Source of the DNA: Callorhinchus milii
Lineage: Eukaryota
Reading direction: 5' to 3'
Length of the DNA stretch: 64,000 nucleotides
Assembly (NCBI RefSeq): GCF_018977255.1
Contig: NW_024704742.1
Location: 105,774,001-105,838,000 of the forward strand
The notes beneath the pieces were generated by a model, which saw only the letters and a list, made by a program, of their open reading frames with translations, did no database searches and had not been told where the DNA came from. Below are positions 1 through 12,580 of this stretch, piece by piece. The stretch's first letter is position 1, and every line of letters starts with the position of its first letter. The position numbers were made by a program, and so were the translations under genes.

Positions 1-1127
1 GAGCAAAGCAAGTTGCTGTAGGAGTACATTGGCAGGAATATATTGGCAGTAGGAAATAACCCCCCCACTGCCTGCTTTTTTTGTGGGTTGAGGTAATATC
101 CTCTTTACTGCAGTAGGTGTTTCATTATTTTTCACTTTACAAATCTGTTCTTGTGTCAAGACAGCCACGTTGTTTGTTAAGGGGAAAAAAAGGCTGTGCT
201 TCGTGCTGACTGCTTGTCAGGTACAGTTCGTTGCTGCGGAGTGAGTGTGTCCTGCGCTGTAGTTGTTCGCTGGTCTCAGCAAAAGGTAGGAGCTGGGATT
301 CAGCTGCTTTCTGAGATCCTGAGATAAAGAAACAGAGGCCTCTTGTGAATATGAGTGCTCTATTCTCTCTTTTTATTACTCGGGGAATTTTCTCCTGTCT
401 TTACTGCACTGAACAAACAATGCTGATCTCTGCGAAGTGACCTTATTTTCCCAGCTTCCTTACAGCTGTGACAGCATCTGCCCTCAGGTTTTTTTTCAGC
501 TGGGGAAGGGGCGGGCAGATGAGGGGGGAAGATAGCCATTAAAAAGGAAAGGAAAAGGGGGAATTTGTTGAAGAGTTTTGTAGGAAGCAACTCACATAGC
601 TGTTAGTACTGCGTGACTTCTCACAGTTCTACACATGCAGATCTGGGGACTGGAACAAGAGTGCAGTCCACAGTTTCTTGGCCATCACAAAAGGACCTCT
701 CAATGCAGCGTGACCTTTGAGAATGAATGGGATCTTAACGCCAGTTTTGTCAGTCGAGTTCTGAACGTGCATTGTGGTTTGAAAGCTAGAGGCTAGCTTT
801 TGAAGCTGTTTAGCGATCAACAATGTATATCATTCTTACTTGTCTCGTAGGAAGAATGTGTTTGATCTGCGCATCTAAAAACAGATGTGTTTAGATAGAC
901 TTACATCTTTCAAAAGCCCAATAGTTTTAATCACAGAAAATGTAAAGCGGTACAAACTTAGCATTAACCTTTTTAAATTCTCTGGTTCTATTTATTAACA
1001 GTCTTTCATTTAATTGCAAGTGCATAGCACACTAGTGGGTACCTGAGAAGATAGTTGCAATTTGGAGCATTCCTGGGGTGTCACTATCTTTGAAGTTATT
1101 TAAATACCATGAGTTTAGCTCACCTGA

Positions 1128-1330
1128 GGCCTGAGATTCCACCAATCCATAATTAGCTGACAAAAATATTTTTTCTCTTTCAATTTAAGACTACACAGAA
1201 AATTCTTAAATTCAGTCTTAATCTGATAGGACAATGGAAAACTGGTTTCCAAATTAAGGCTGAGTTTAAGAACGTTTCCATAATTCCACGCCATTTTTAA
1301 TTTTAAGATGAAATGTTGGAATTTCATACC
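1128..1330. mobile_element. Palindromic MITE (non-autonomous DNA transposon), copy A
   Basis: Imperfect TIRs ggcctgagattccac / ttggaatttcatacc. Inner arms cttaaattcagtcttaat (1205-1222) and attaaggctgagtttaag (1253-1270) are 16/18 complementary. Related copies at 5612, 23932 and 37608. Confidence 0.6.
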
Positions 1331-4059
1331 TTAGTTGCAGTATTGCCTCCTTAATCTTTAGAATCTTAACAGCCCTCAAATTCACAACACTTTGCAGAGC
1401 TCCTGATAAAAAGAGCTAGAAAATGGGACATTTTGTCAGAAGTGTATACGTTGTGTGTGGGGGAGGGGGGAAGAATCGGAAAAGGATCAACAATGTTTGT
1501 ATTGAAAGAGTTAATGAAGGAACATTCTGAATGTACAGGGCCTTGTAATAGGCCACACTTTACCGTTGCAGCCTGGGTGAGTAAGTATCAATGTGAGAGA
1601 GAGATAAAGAGCTTTTGGCTGATCCAATTTTCAAATATCATCTTTCTCGATCTCGAATCTCTATCTAATTTTCCCTTGAAACTGCCCACACTATTGGGCT
1701 CTTTCTCTCCTCTAACTACAAATGCAAATGTATCAGGCCCTCACTCCCAAAACGCCACAGGAGACATTCCTACCACACCTCAGAGCTGCCCACACTGTTC
1801 CTGATAAAAACAGATACTGTCCTCCCAGGGAAACTTCTACATGTTAATCACCCTCTGTGTTATTTACTGAAATGTAGATCACCTGTTCTTTGACAGCGAG
1901 ACCCCTTATTATGGCCCTCTTGATCATATTGGAGGTATTGGGAGTTCAGTTTGTCTTAACTGCTTTACGATCTTGGAAACTTTGATAAGATCAACGTGGA
2001 ACTATTTTTTGAATGATAGCTCACAGATCTGCCTGCTGGAAGCTCCACTGAGCACGCTGTGTTGAGAAGATTCTCTGAATGTTCAGTGAGTGACCGAGGC
2101 AAACCCTTCTTTGGCGACTGCGAAGACATTTCTGTGTGTTTCAGATGAATTATATCGCAACAAATGTAGACAGGTTTGTGTGATAAATACAAAGAAGCTT
2201 ATAAGCTGTTTTGAAATATTTGTAAAGAGACTCTTGGATGCGATACAGTACACTTGGCTGCTCTTCATGTGGAGAAATATCAGTCTTGAGAGGGACACCC
2301 ACCCACACAAGAAACATAATACTACCCAGCAATGTAGAAATGCTGCACTTATTTAAAGTATCAATGGTATTACAAACACATTATAGAACCCAAGGGATAG
2401 AGAACGAGATTCGGTTGTTTGAAAGGAAACTGCAGTTTGGATTTTATGTTTTATTGAAATGTGAGGATAAATTTGAAGCGTTTCGTAATACATTTAATAT
2501 GATAATTATCAAACTCAAAAATGAACAGCCCCTACACTTCTCAGTATATTCCTATCACGCGCTTTCAGACATCCTCCCGACATGAAAGGTACTCTATCAA
2601 ATGTAAGGATTATTATGAAATGCAACAAATTTCACTGCCCACAAAACACTCCACTTTTGGCTGATTCACCCTCTCTTTTTAAAATTCTTTCTTGTTTGCC
2701 CACAAAACATAGTCACTAATCTTTACTGTATTTTCTGTGAAGCATTTTGAAACGTCCTCTCACCATAAAAGTTGCTACAGCAAATGCAAGGGTTATTATT
2801 ACTATTTATTTTTGAGATTTTCACAAATCTTTTTGTAGATAGCAGATACAGCGCAGCAACTCTGCCAAGTGTATGGGATTTAAGTAATTATCTGTATATC
2901 CTGTTGGGCTGAAAACAAAATCCCTTAGAATGTAACTTTTGGAAAGAAAGGCATGCTGGAGTCTTATACTCTGTGCTGCAGTACAGCCATCTGCATGCTT
3001 CTTTCGTTTTATTCGCATAATTTGAAGTTAAGCTTAATGGTGCCATTTGATTCAATGTTGACCATCTGATGAAATAATATAATAGAAGATGTCCCATTGA
3101 GGTTCTTCTCTTTTTTATGTAAGTGCAGAAAGTGGCCCCATTATTGTCTCTGCTTGTATCATATTGTGATTGAGTAATGAAAATATTTTGTTTAAAAAAA
3201 ATTACGCTCAGTGGTAAACGTTCCATTTTAACTTTCCGATTGATTGGTATTTTAAGTTAATTGATTCAAACAGGATGTTAATGGACAAAAACAGTGACTT
3301 GTGTGGGGTTTTAGGACTGAGAGGCATGAAGCATTTGTATATTAGTTTAGAGAGAACCTTTGATAGAGTGTGAGAGTTGAATTAACATGCACAGTTGAAG
3401 TGGTCCAATTACTGAATCAGTCTGGCTTAACAACTTTACCTGCTCATGTTAATTCACTTCCTTCACACAGCCAGACTGAGCAACTCCTCCCAGCCAATTT
3501 CCAGCTAATGTTTTCACCTTTCACTACTTGAATAAATTTTTTTCAGAAAATGATTAGAAGTAAACAAGGTGGGGGGCAGGGAAACAAACCAAAAGGAATG
3601 TTAAAGTTAACCATTAATACTTTTAACAGTTGTGTTTTTTAGTCGTTAGTGAGCACCCTATATGAAAATTGAGACCCACAGTATGTGAAACAAAAATTTA
3701 CATTCATGTAGTATATTCATATTATGTTGGGAGAGCGTCTTAAAGTGCTTCAACCAAGTGAGTGCGAGCTCGAAATTTTAAGGCAGGTTTTGAAGTTCGA
3801 CCTGCAGTTGAAAATATAGAAAGCAAGATAATCAAGAACTCCAAGCTTGAGATTTTCTTGAAAGGGGAGTTCTGCCAATTTTTCCCTTTCAAATTTCTTC
3901 ACTCCCTGAATACATTTGTCTCCTTTTTGCTTCTTTTGACTGGGACACATTTCAATGGGCAATAGTTGGCTTTCAGTATCTCGCCGTAGGGCCATTATTC
4001 CTGAGTGAGATATGACAGTTTAGAAGAGCCCCCCACCCCCACCCCCAAACAGCCAACAG

Positions 4060-4739
4060 ACAGTGACATCCGTCAATCTGAGCGTGACTTGAACCCAAGT
4101 CCTAGAGACCCCTCCCGCCATGCCTCCCGCTATTAGAAAATGTTTTGATCGTTTCAAACTGAAATGCCCTGCCTTTCCCCACCTCCACCACATTGCCTGA
4201 CTCCACCGCTGCGTCACCGCTCAGGCCGCCAAAACCCTCATACATGTCTTCATGATAGCCAGGCTTGACTACACCAATGCCCTGCTTGTCGGCCTTTCTA
4301 ATTCTTCCCTCCACAAATTGCAGATCATACAGAACTCTGCAGCTCGTGACCTCTCCCGTACCAGGCTCTGTGAACCCACCACACCCACCCTCGCCCGGCT
4401 CCACTCCCATCCCTCAGAGGTTCGAGTTCAAAATTCTTGTCCTCACCTTCAAGGCCCTCTTTGGCCTTGCCCCCTCCTACCTCCCCGACTTGCTAATCCC
4501 TTATCAACCTGCTCCCTCTGCTCAGCAGGCTTCGGCCTGCTCCATGTCCCCCGACACTCCTTCAAGGCTTCAAGACCCTCCTCTTTGACTGGTGCCACCC
4601 TCTTACCCCCGCCCTCCAACATCCCTGATTCCAACCCTCACCCGCTCGGGTCCTAATCCCTGACTGTTAAGCGCCTTGGGACAGCCTCTCAACGTGAAAG
4701 GCGCTTTACAAATGTAATTTTGTATTGTATTTTGTATTG
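4060..4739 (+). mobile_element. L2 (LINE2) 3' fragment with decayed ORF2 C-terminus
   Basis: Translation IARLDYTNALLVGLSNSSLHKLQIIQNSAAR plus frameshifted PQRFEFKILVLTFKALFGLAPSYL, typical of the L2 RT C-terminus. Ends gcgccttgggac...cgtgaaaggcgctttacaaatgtaattttg with a simple-repeat tail. Confidence 0.92.
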
Positions 4740-5611
4740 AAATACATCTGCATATGGGGTGAAATGTCTCTTCATATTGTGTTCCACAGATACCAAATTG
4801 TTTCTTTCACAATCCGCTTCCAGTTTCGTCACTCAGATAAAATCAGATCCTTCAGACTTTAAACTGCTGCAGATTTTATTTACAGTGCAAACCCAGATGC
4901 TAAGGCATTTATTGTCCCCTCTTTTAATTGGTTTCAGCTCTGCAATCACAATGGACGTATCTCTTTGGACACTTCTATTGGTAATATTTTAGAAATAGGG
5001 TTTGCCGCATCTGTCTCTCACACAAATTAAACACTATCTGAAGCTCTGGCCAGTGGGTTTCTGTCACCGATTCGAGCATCTAGTTGACAAATTTTTGCAA
5101 GCACATAAAAAGCTTTCCCGTGGGAAATCATATCTATAGGAAAATGCTGCAAAATGGAAATGACAACCAAAAAGCCTATGCTCTTTGCAATTTGGGGATT
5201 TGGTGAAGGCTAAGACAATAATATAGTAGATAATGAATACATATTTAGTGTCCGCAGATCCAATTTAAATCTCTCAAAGGATCCCATGTACTGTTTTATG
5301 CTTGGCTTAGAAATATGAAGTTCAGGTTCTGTACAATCTATGCAAAGGCTGCGCTGTTAATAATGTTGCATGTTGTGTTTTGGTTGCAGATGCTCCTCAG
5401 TGCTGCTGTGCTCCGGGTAGGGATGTACAATGGGTTTCGGGTTTGCTTCCAGCTTCACTGAGCCAGCGATGTTTTTTTGGTGCTAAAGGCAAGCTCTTAG
5501 CTACTTTGTCCTTGAAATTCCACCAAGTGTTAGTTTTCCTGCAAATCCAGGCCATCGATTCCCCAAAATAAAATTGATCACTATGGCTGTTTATGGGTTA
5601 TTGCTGTGCGC

Positions 5612-5716
5612 AAACTTAAAGACGGTTCTTTTCAAGAACGGTGGAAAACCAGCTTTCTAACTTAGACTGAATTTAAGTATTTTCCGCATGATCTTAAGAC
5701 CAGGTGGAATTTCTTA
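5612..5716. mobile_element. Partial copy of the palindromic MITE (right end)
   Basis: ggaaaaccagct...agactgaatttaag...agaccaggtggaatttc matches the inner and terminal motifs of the copies at 1128, 23932 and 37608. Confidence 0.5.
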
Positions 5717-6037
5717 CATTTACAGATTATAGGAGAGAAGGCAGAAGGTGAAAAAAAGCAAGTACTTTAATGATCAAATCCAAAGCATTTATATTCCTGA
5801 TTTAGCATTCTTCTCACCTCTTCAAAACCAGATATTTTCACAAGGAACTGCCGCTGTAGGAGTCATATTGAGTTCCACGCCTTTCTGAGCTGCATTTATT
5901 TATTTAGATTGTATCCGACCCGCCGTTTATTGAAAAATCATGTGCCTCTAAAGAAAATAAATGTGATAAGGGAGGCCAGGCCGGCTGTGATCGTATCCAT
6001 TGGCTGAGCTGTGCTTGCCCAGAGCATTGAGTACAGG

Positions 6038-6360
6038 ATAATAATAATATAATAATCCTTGCATTTGATATAGCGCTTTTCACGTCGGGAGGACGTCCCA
6101 AAGCACTTCACAGAATACACCGTAAAGTGAATTGACTGTATATTTGTGGGCGAACGCGGCAGCCAATTGCGCACAGCAATGTCCCACAAACAGTCGTAGA
6201 TTGAAAATGACCAATTTATTATTGTTTGTTTTTTTGGAGGGATTATTATTAGGCGTGTGGAGTAAGGAAACTTGCCCAAGGTTTCGCCCTCTGCCTGGAA
6301 TTGAACTCAAGTCTCTCACTTGCAAAGCGAGTGCTCTAACCACTGAGTTACAGGACTCCA
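6038..6360 (-). mobile_element. Young tRNA-derived SINE, full length (Deu-like core, L2-type tail)
   Basis: Reverse complement starts tggagtcctgtaactcagtggttagagcac (A box), has gagttcaattcc (B box), core tgtgggacattgctgtgcgcaattggctgccgcgttc and a (TTA)n tail. Near-identical to 48167 and 59351. Confidence 0.93.
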
Positions 6361-8216
6361 CTGGATGTTCACAAAGTCCAGTTACACCCTTGTTTTTTCT
6401 ACAGTGCACTGACCAACAACTGAAGCATGTGGAAGAATGATGATAATTGTATTTAGAAATACTTAATTATATTCAGAGGATTGGTGCGAGCGCCATCATG
6501 GCAGATATTGATCCGTCACCATGTTTGGTGTGACATCTTGAGTAACATGAGGAAGTTACTGGTGGCAGACAATGTTACATTCGACTCATCTGCAACAGAA
6601 AATAAAAGTTGATTGTGAAAAAAAAAGGGGGATTACAGGACTTTGTGAACACCCTGTACAATACCCTGTTTAGCAGCTATTTGCAGTACTTGCTAGATCT
6701 GTCTGTCGCTAGCATCCTCCTCCATGGTGTTCTTAATTGTCAAGTTCTGGAAGTTCAAACAGATGCATGTCAGTAGGGACCGGATGAAGTTAAATGTTGC
6801 TTCAAGGGAATTTCAATACACTGGTATTCATAATTTTGCTTTAAACTTGAATAAACATTTGGATCCATTTTGCTGGGTATTGTTGGCACTTTGTCATGTC
6901 CAGGGCTCTTGTGCACTCTCACAGCTGCAGAGTGTTTGTCCACCAGCTGCCAAGAGTGTTACAAGATCTGTCTAGAAGTTTCTGAAGTTTCTGGCACTGG
7001 ATTTTCTGGTTACCCTGGAGACACCCTCAACTCGTCCTTCCCGCTGCCTCATTTGCCTGTCTGTCTGGGAAGGAGGGTGTGGGCTCTGGCAACATGCCCT
7101 TTCCAACTGGGTTAGTGGGGAGGGGATTATGGCACAAATCAAGAAATATTCAATTAAGAAAAAACTGAAAACACGCTACTGATTGAAAACACGCTTACCT
7201 AGACTCGTGTGAATGTTTGGGGGCGGTGCTTCTTAATGGCCACATGTTGACCACCACTGCACTATACCATACTGCAGAGAGGCACTACAAAATCCTGGAG
7301 AGAGGCACTATATCCACTAAGGTCTGCACAAGGGGATACTGACTGTTGATTCATCCGCAGTGCTTAGTGTACCTTATCTGCGTGTTGGCAAAAGAAGAGC
7401 TTGCCATGCAGGGAATTAACATAGAATTACAGCAAGGGATATTATCCATTGAGTGTAAAATGGTGCTAATCCCATTTCTCTGCTCTTTTCTCCCATCCCC
7501 TTTTATGTTCTTCCTCTTTAAATATTTTATTCGATTCACTTTTTAACTTGGGTACGAAGCTGCATCCTATCACTGTCGCTGGGGCGAAGCAGAGACAGTC
7601 CCATGAGCCCTGGGCTGCTCTCTCCCTCCTCTCATCAGGGATCAAAATCCACTTATAAAGTTATAAAATCAAGAACTAGAAAATAAAGCCATTGTCAGAA
7701 TCAATTACCGTGTGATATTGATACCCTGAAAATGTCATGACAGTCATTCTGCTATATTAATTTAGAATTAAACCACTCGAGGGGACCAAATGTTGTAGTA
7801 GCATCCTTATTTCCCAACTTAATACCCAATGAGATTTAAAGGGAGGGTTGTGTGCTGTAAATTCCAAAGGCTGCTGCTTAACCGGAGGATTGTTCACACA
7901 GGCATATTGCTAATCTTTTAGTCTGATCTGTATGGATGATTTATATTCACGTAGTGCCTGATTAATTCCTCACTTTTCGTTTAATGCAGGTTGCCAGTGA
8001 AAAATGAGATTGCTAAATGGATATTTAATCAATGGAGAGTGCTGTCCACTTGGGGAATTATGTGCATGTCTTTGCTCTTTGTTGAATGAAGTGGGGGAAA
8101 TGGCTAAAAGGTTCAGATCCCTAACCTGTAACACTTGGGAACAGATACACTTTTACGAATGTCTTGTCAAAACCCTTTTTTCCTCTCAGCAGCAGAGAAT
8201 TCAAGTATTCCCTGTC

Positions 8217-8648
8217 AATAATCGTTGCATTTGATATAGACCATAAAACATTGAAATGTCTCAAAGGGCTTCACAGGGAATTGCTCTGAAATGCAATGAC
8301 TGTATCTTTGGGTGAGGTGATTGCAGCACCTGATTTGCTTGCACCAATGTCTTCACGAGCCATACAATGAATAACCAATTTATCTGAGAGATTGTTGGCC
8401 AGAACATTGGGAGATACTTCCTTCTCTCTGAATAGTGTCATGGAATCATTAACTTCCACCTGAACAAACATATAATAATAATAATCCTTGCATTTGATAT
8501 ACCGCCTTATTACGTCGTTGAGATATCTTAAAGCGCTTCACAGAATATACTGTAAAGTGAATCGATTATATATTTTGTGACCTTGGTTTAACGTCTCATC
8601 TGAAGGACAGCACCTCCACAGTACTACACTGGAGTGATCTTGAACCAT
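8217..8648 (-). mobile_element. Older SacSINE1/DeuSINE-like copy interrupted by a younger SINE tail (~8472-8578)
   Basis: Host is collinear with the family (…ccacctgaacaaaca | gaccttggtttaacgtctcatctgaaggacagcacc…). The insert has its own (ATA)n tail. Confidence 0.75.
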
Positions 8649-10149
8649 AAATGTAAGAAACATTAGCAAGTTATGAATAGTAACCCAAATTGTGTGTACA
8701 CAGATCCCTGTAGATGTACAGTATCTGTGTGCAGTGTAGATTTGTATGCATAGAAGTCTGCATTCCTATGTAACTGTGTGTGTCACAGTTACCGAAAAAA
8801 CACTGAGTGGCATTGGGCAACTTGTGAATAGTGAGGATACGAGTCACGTGTAAAAGCAGGGTTGGTTTATTTTATATAGTTCAAGAATGTACCAATGTGT
8901 ATTCTGTTGATTTTACTGTCTTCAAAAAGGGAGTTAGTCACCAGATGTTAATAGTAGTGATTGTTTTGTTACATGTCCTGTCCACGTTCTTTACACACAC
9001 TGTGATATTGCATGAGTACTGAAGAAGGTACGTTTGCAGGATTCTCTGTGTGCAAACACTTTTGGGATCTCAGCCTTTTGTGTTGGCGATTGGCACGTGA
9101 TAAACCCTATTTTTATGTCTCATGTGTAATTTGGGCTTCAGTTTCTTGCCTAGCAAATTCATTCTTGCAGCTGTTGCGCAATGCGGAGTCTGCTGAAGAC
9201 GATATTGGTGCCTCACGAGGACATATCCAGACAACAGGTATCATTATAGCTGAGATGAAGGACTGTCTATGAGTGGGGGAACGCAGAGCAGTGGCTGCTC
9301 CCTGACTGTGCTGTGCCACCTGGGTGGCTGCAGAAATGCAATCCTCTTCCATTATGGAATGCAGAGCCGGAATGCTCCTGCTGCTCACCTCACCAGATCA
9401 GAAAGGAAGCTCGACTCCGGCAGATCCTCTTTCTCCGGAGTTATCATTTTACAAAGTGCAGGATTTGATGTGCAGCTGAATCCACTGTTGCACCACAGGG
9501 ATTTGTTTCCCTCAATGTTCTAGTTTCTTTAGCCTGATATTGTGCAGGGTTCGTAGTCCTTACCCCTCAGTGCAGGTGCACTGGGAGATGTTCAAACATT
9601 ACGGTGGCTAACATTTGGAAATACATGGCACTTTTACATCGATAGTTTTTCTCTGGAGACGGCCAATAATATACAAAAAACGTTTTTCCTGACTCCGGAT
9701 TCGCTAGGAACCGTCTCAAGTCGGAATAGTTTTTCATCTCGGAGCAAGAGCCGAAAGAAAAGGCAGAGGGTGAAATGTCTACAATTCTGCGAGATCTTAG
9801 ATTTGAAGACAAAATAGTCTTGTGGGTGAAAACTGTGAGGGATTTCAGGAAATGTAAGAGGCTGTGAATGTATCCGTTGAATTTTACAATTGAGCAATAT
9901 AAATGAAATGGATTTGACATTAGATCACGGAGAAGTGAGCAGAATCCTGAGAGTAATGTGATGAAGTTTCTGTCAAATGAGGCTTAGTTTCGGATGTCTT
10001 CAAGCATTTTACAGAATATACTGTAAAGTGTAGTGACTATGCGTGACCGTAATCTCCAGCCTATCAGGAAGGCTCGGAGGGGCATTGCATTCTCAAAGGA
10101 AAGTAGTATATTCTTCAATTGTACATGAAGATGCATAATCTCAGGATTA

Positions 10150-10425
10150 TTAGCAAAAAAATTAGCAGACTGGTGATAAAGAATTTCTTCACTCAAAGGA
10201 TTTGGAAATTCATTACCTCAAGTGGCTATTGAGGCTGGATCAGTAGAATTGTTCATACAGGAACTGATTAAGCAACTATGCAGTCGAAATATTTAGTGAT
10301 ATGGGGAGAGAGCTCTTATGTGGGATTTAAAAAAAAACAATTTAGAATTTGAAAAATAGTTAGCAGCATCACAGCCCCAATGGGCCAAACTGCCCTCTCT
10401 GTAAAGAAAGTGTTTTATGTTTCTT
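10150..10425 (+). mobile_element. CR1-type LINE 3' fragment, highly decayed
   Basis: aatttcttcactcaaagg…ggaaattcattacctcaagtggctattgaggc (FFTQR…WNSLP-like) and 3' motif tgggccaaactgccctctctg. Confidence 0.65.
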
Positions 10426-11920
10426 CTCACACTCTGAGTGAAGGTGCTAATGACTGGGCCAGTAGCCCGTCATTGGAAAATCAATTAGCTACTGGAACCC
10501 AGAGGTTAATGGGATAAGGGGACGTGTTTGTTTTATAACCCTGACTCAAGGTGGCTGTTCTGTAGAAATGGCTGCCAGGAATGTATCTCCTGTAGGGTGA
10601 CTGAGACAAGGCTTTACATAGGGGCAGTGTTCTCTGGAAGCCAGACCCTATGTGAATCCAAGTGCTAGGAGTCGGATGCCTCCTAAGTGCATCACTTCAC
10701 ACTTTCCTCCTTCTCCCTCCTCTCTCAAGCTGCAGTGTAATTATTGTGAAATAACAATGTAAGACATTAATGGCCCGCAGCGAGGTACCCTCAGAAATTC
10801 CAGGTACTTACCAACATTCCATGAAAGGGTATGGCCAAATACCAAACGCACCCTCAGGGCCTGAGAGCTGTACTCCTTCCTTTCACGGGTGACCACCTTG
10901 CCAAAGGGAGAAAAGAAACTCCTGCTAAACAAGGTATTGTTCGCAATGGATTGAAGGAGCATCAGAAAAGATTGGGACACCTTTGAAAGCCATTTCGTGA
11001 CATGAAAGAAATGCCACTGACGACACCCTCCCCCCTAGGGTTGTCTTCAGCTGTCTTGTCTACAGGCTGACTGTGCACACCTTTTTTTCAGTCATCTAGT
11101 TAAATAAAGGACCATCCTGTGGAGATTTAATCTGTGGAGATTAAAGGAAGTAACCATATAACATCTTTATAGTTTAAACACTACCATTTACAGGGCAATG
11201 ACCTAGTTTTGAACTGAAGTCCCTGATTAGTAAACAAGCCACATTGACTCAGTGACACAACTGACTGATATCAGTTTCCATTTATTACATTTATGTAAGT
11301 AATTGAACCTGCAGTCGATATGGAATTTATGGCAGGGCAGACTTTGTGGAGTTATCACACTGTATATACAATAACCCCTTTGTTCCTTGTTTATAAAGGC
11401 TTATGACAGGCTCTATTGTAGTGGTGTTTCAGAAAAGGCTGCACTAAAAATTCTTGGCAAGGTAACAGTGGCCCAGCCCTTTAAGTGGAACAAATATGAT
11501 TCCTGGAAGTCGGAGTGACTCCAGTATGAAATTGACAGCCACTGGTTATTGTTGTAGGTTCTTTCTGATTCTGCGCTTTGGATACGTACAATAATAAATC
11601 CTGTCCTGAAAAACTCAGTGAGCAGCAACTCTCCAGAGATGTCTGGGGGCTCTTATGGACCTGGAGTCATAGCATGGTAAGTGGATTCCGAGTCTCCAGC
11701 TGGAATCCACTATCCTATTGTGCACCTAGATTCCCTGTTAACAGACACCAGCAAAGTGACTTCAGTGGTGTTAGGATCTAGCACAAACTAGTGGGCCAAA
11801 TGTACTATTTCCGTGTTGTAATGTTCCATATAATCTGTCTGACAGCTTGGGTGCATTAATCATAGTCATTCCGTGGTTAGAAATGTCCTCAAATAAATTG
11901 GTCACTCACTTAATGGTTGT

Positions 11921-12580
11921 TTGCCAGACTCTGCCACTGCCTCACCTCTCAGGCTGCCGAAACCCTCACCCATGCATTTGTCACCTCAAGGCTTGATTAC
12001 GGGAACTCCCTCCTCATCGGCCTCTCCAGCTCTTCCCTTCACAAGCTGCAGATCATCTAAAACTCTGCAGCTCGAGTACTCTCGCACACCAGGCTCCGTG
12101 ACCCCATCACTCCCACCCTCGCCTGACTCCACTGGCTCCCCATCCTCCAGAGGATCGAGTTCAGCATCCTCATCCTCACCTTTAAGGCCATCCATGGTCT
12201 TGCCCCCTCCTACCTCTCTGACCTGCTGACTCCCCACCAACCTCCCCGCTCCCTCTGTTCAGCGAGCTCCGGCCTGTTCCATGATTCTCGCCCGACCCGC
12301 CCTACCATCGTGGCCAGGCTTTCAGTTTCTCTGCCCCCACACTCTGGAACTCCATCCCACGGTCCCTTCGCTTCGCTTCCTCCCTTGCCTCCTTCAAAAC
12401 CGGTCTCAAGACCCTTCTCTTCGACCGTGCCTTTGGCCTCCCTCCCACCGCTCTGGCTTCCCTCACCCCTACAACCCCCCTCCCCCATGCTCGCGCCCCG
12501 ACACCTGACTGTTCAGTACTTTGGGACGTCCTCCCGACGTGAAAGACGCTCTATAAATGTAATTTTGTTGTTGTTGTTTG
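11921..12580 (+). mobile_element. L2 (LINE2) 3' fragment
   Basis: Encodes HAFVTSRLDYGNSLLIGL…LHWLPILQRIEF with an in-frame stop. Tail tttgggacgtcctcccgacgtgaaagacgctctataaatgtaatttt(gtt)n. Confidence 0.95.

Noticed and set aside
5938..6409. Recurrent ORFs such as MGKFPYSTRLIIIPP… and ESCSSVVRALALQ… (also 56509, 59350, 59432)
   Set aside because: Translations of the same SINE; the recurrence reflects repeat copies.
7560..7645. CTGATGAG on the minus strand as a possible hammerhead
   Set aside because: No stem II followed by GAAA.
10811..10922. Minus-strand exon-like unit with a gtaagt donor (also 62653-62771 and 24432-24508)
   Set aside because: Peptides not recognisable, and no consistent multi-exon structure.
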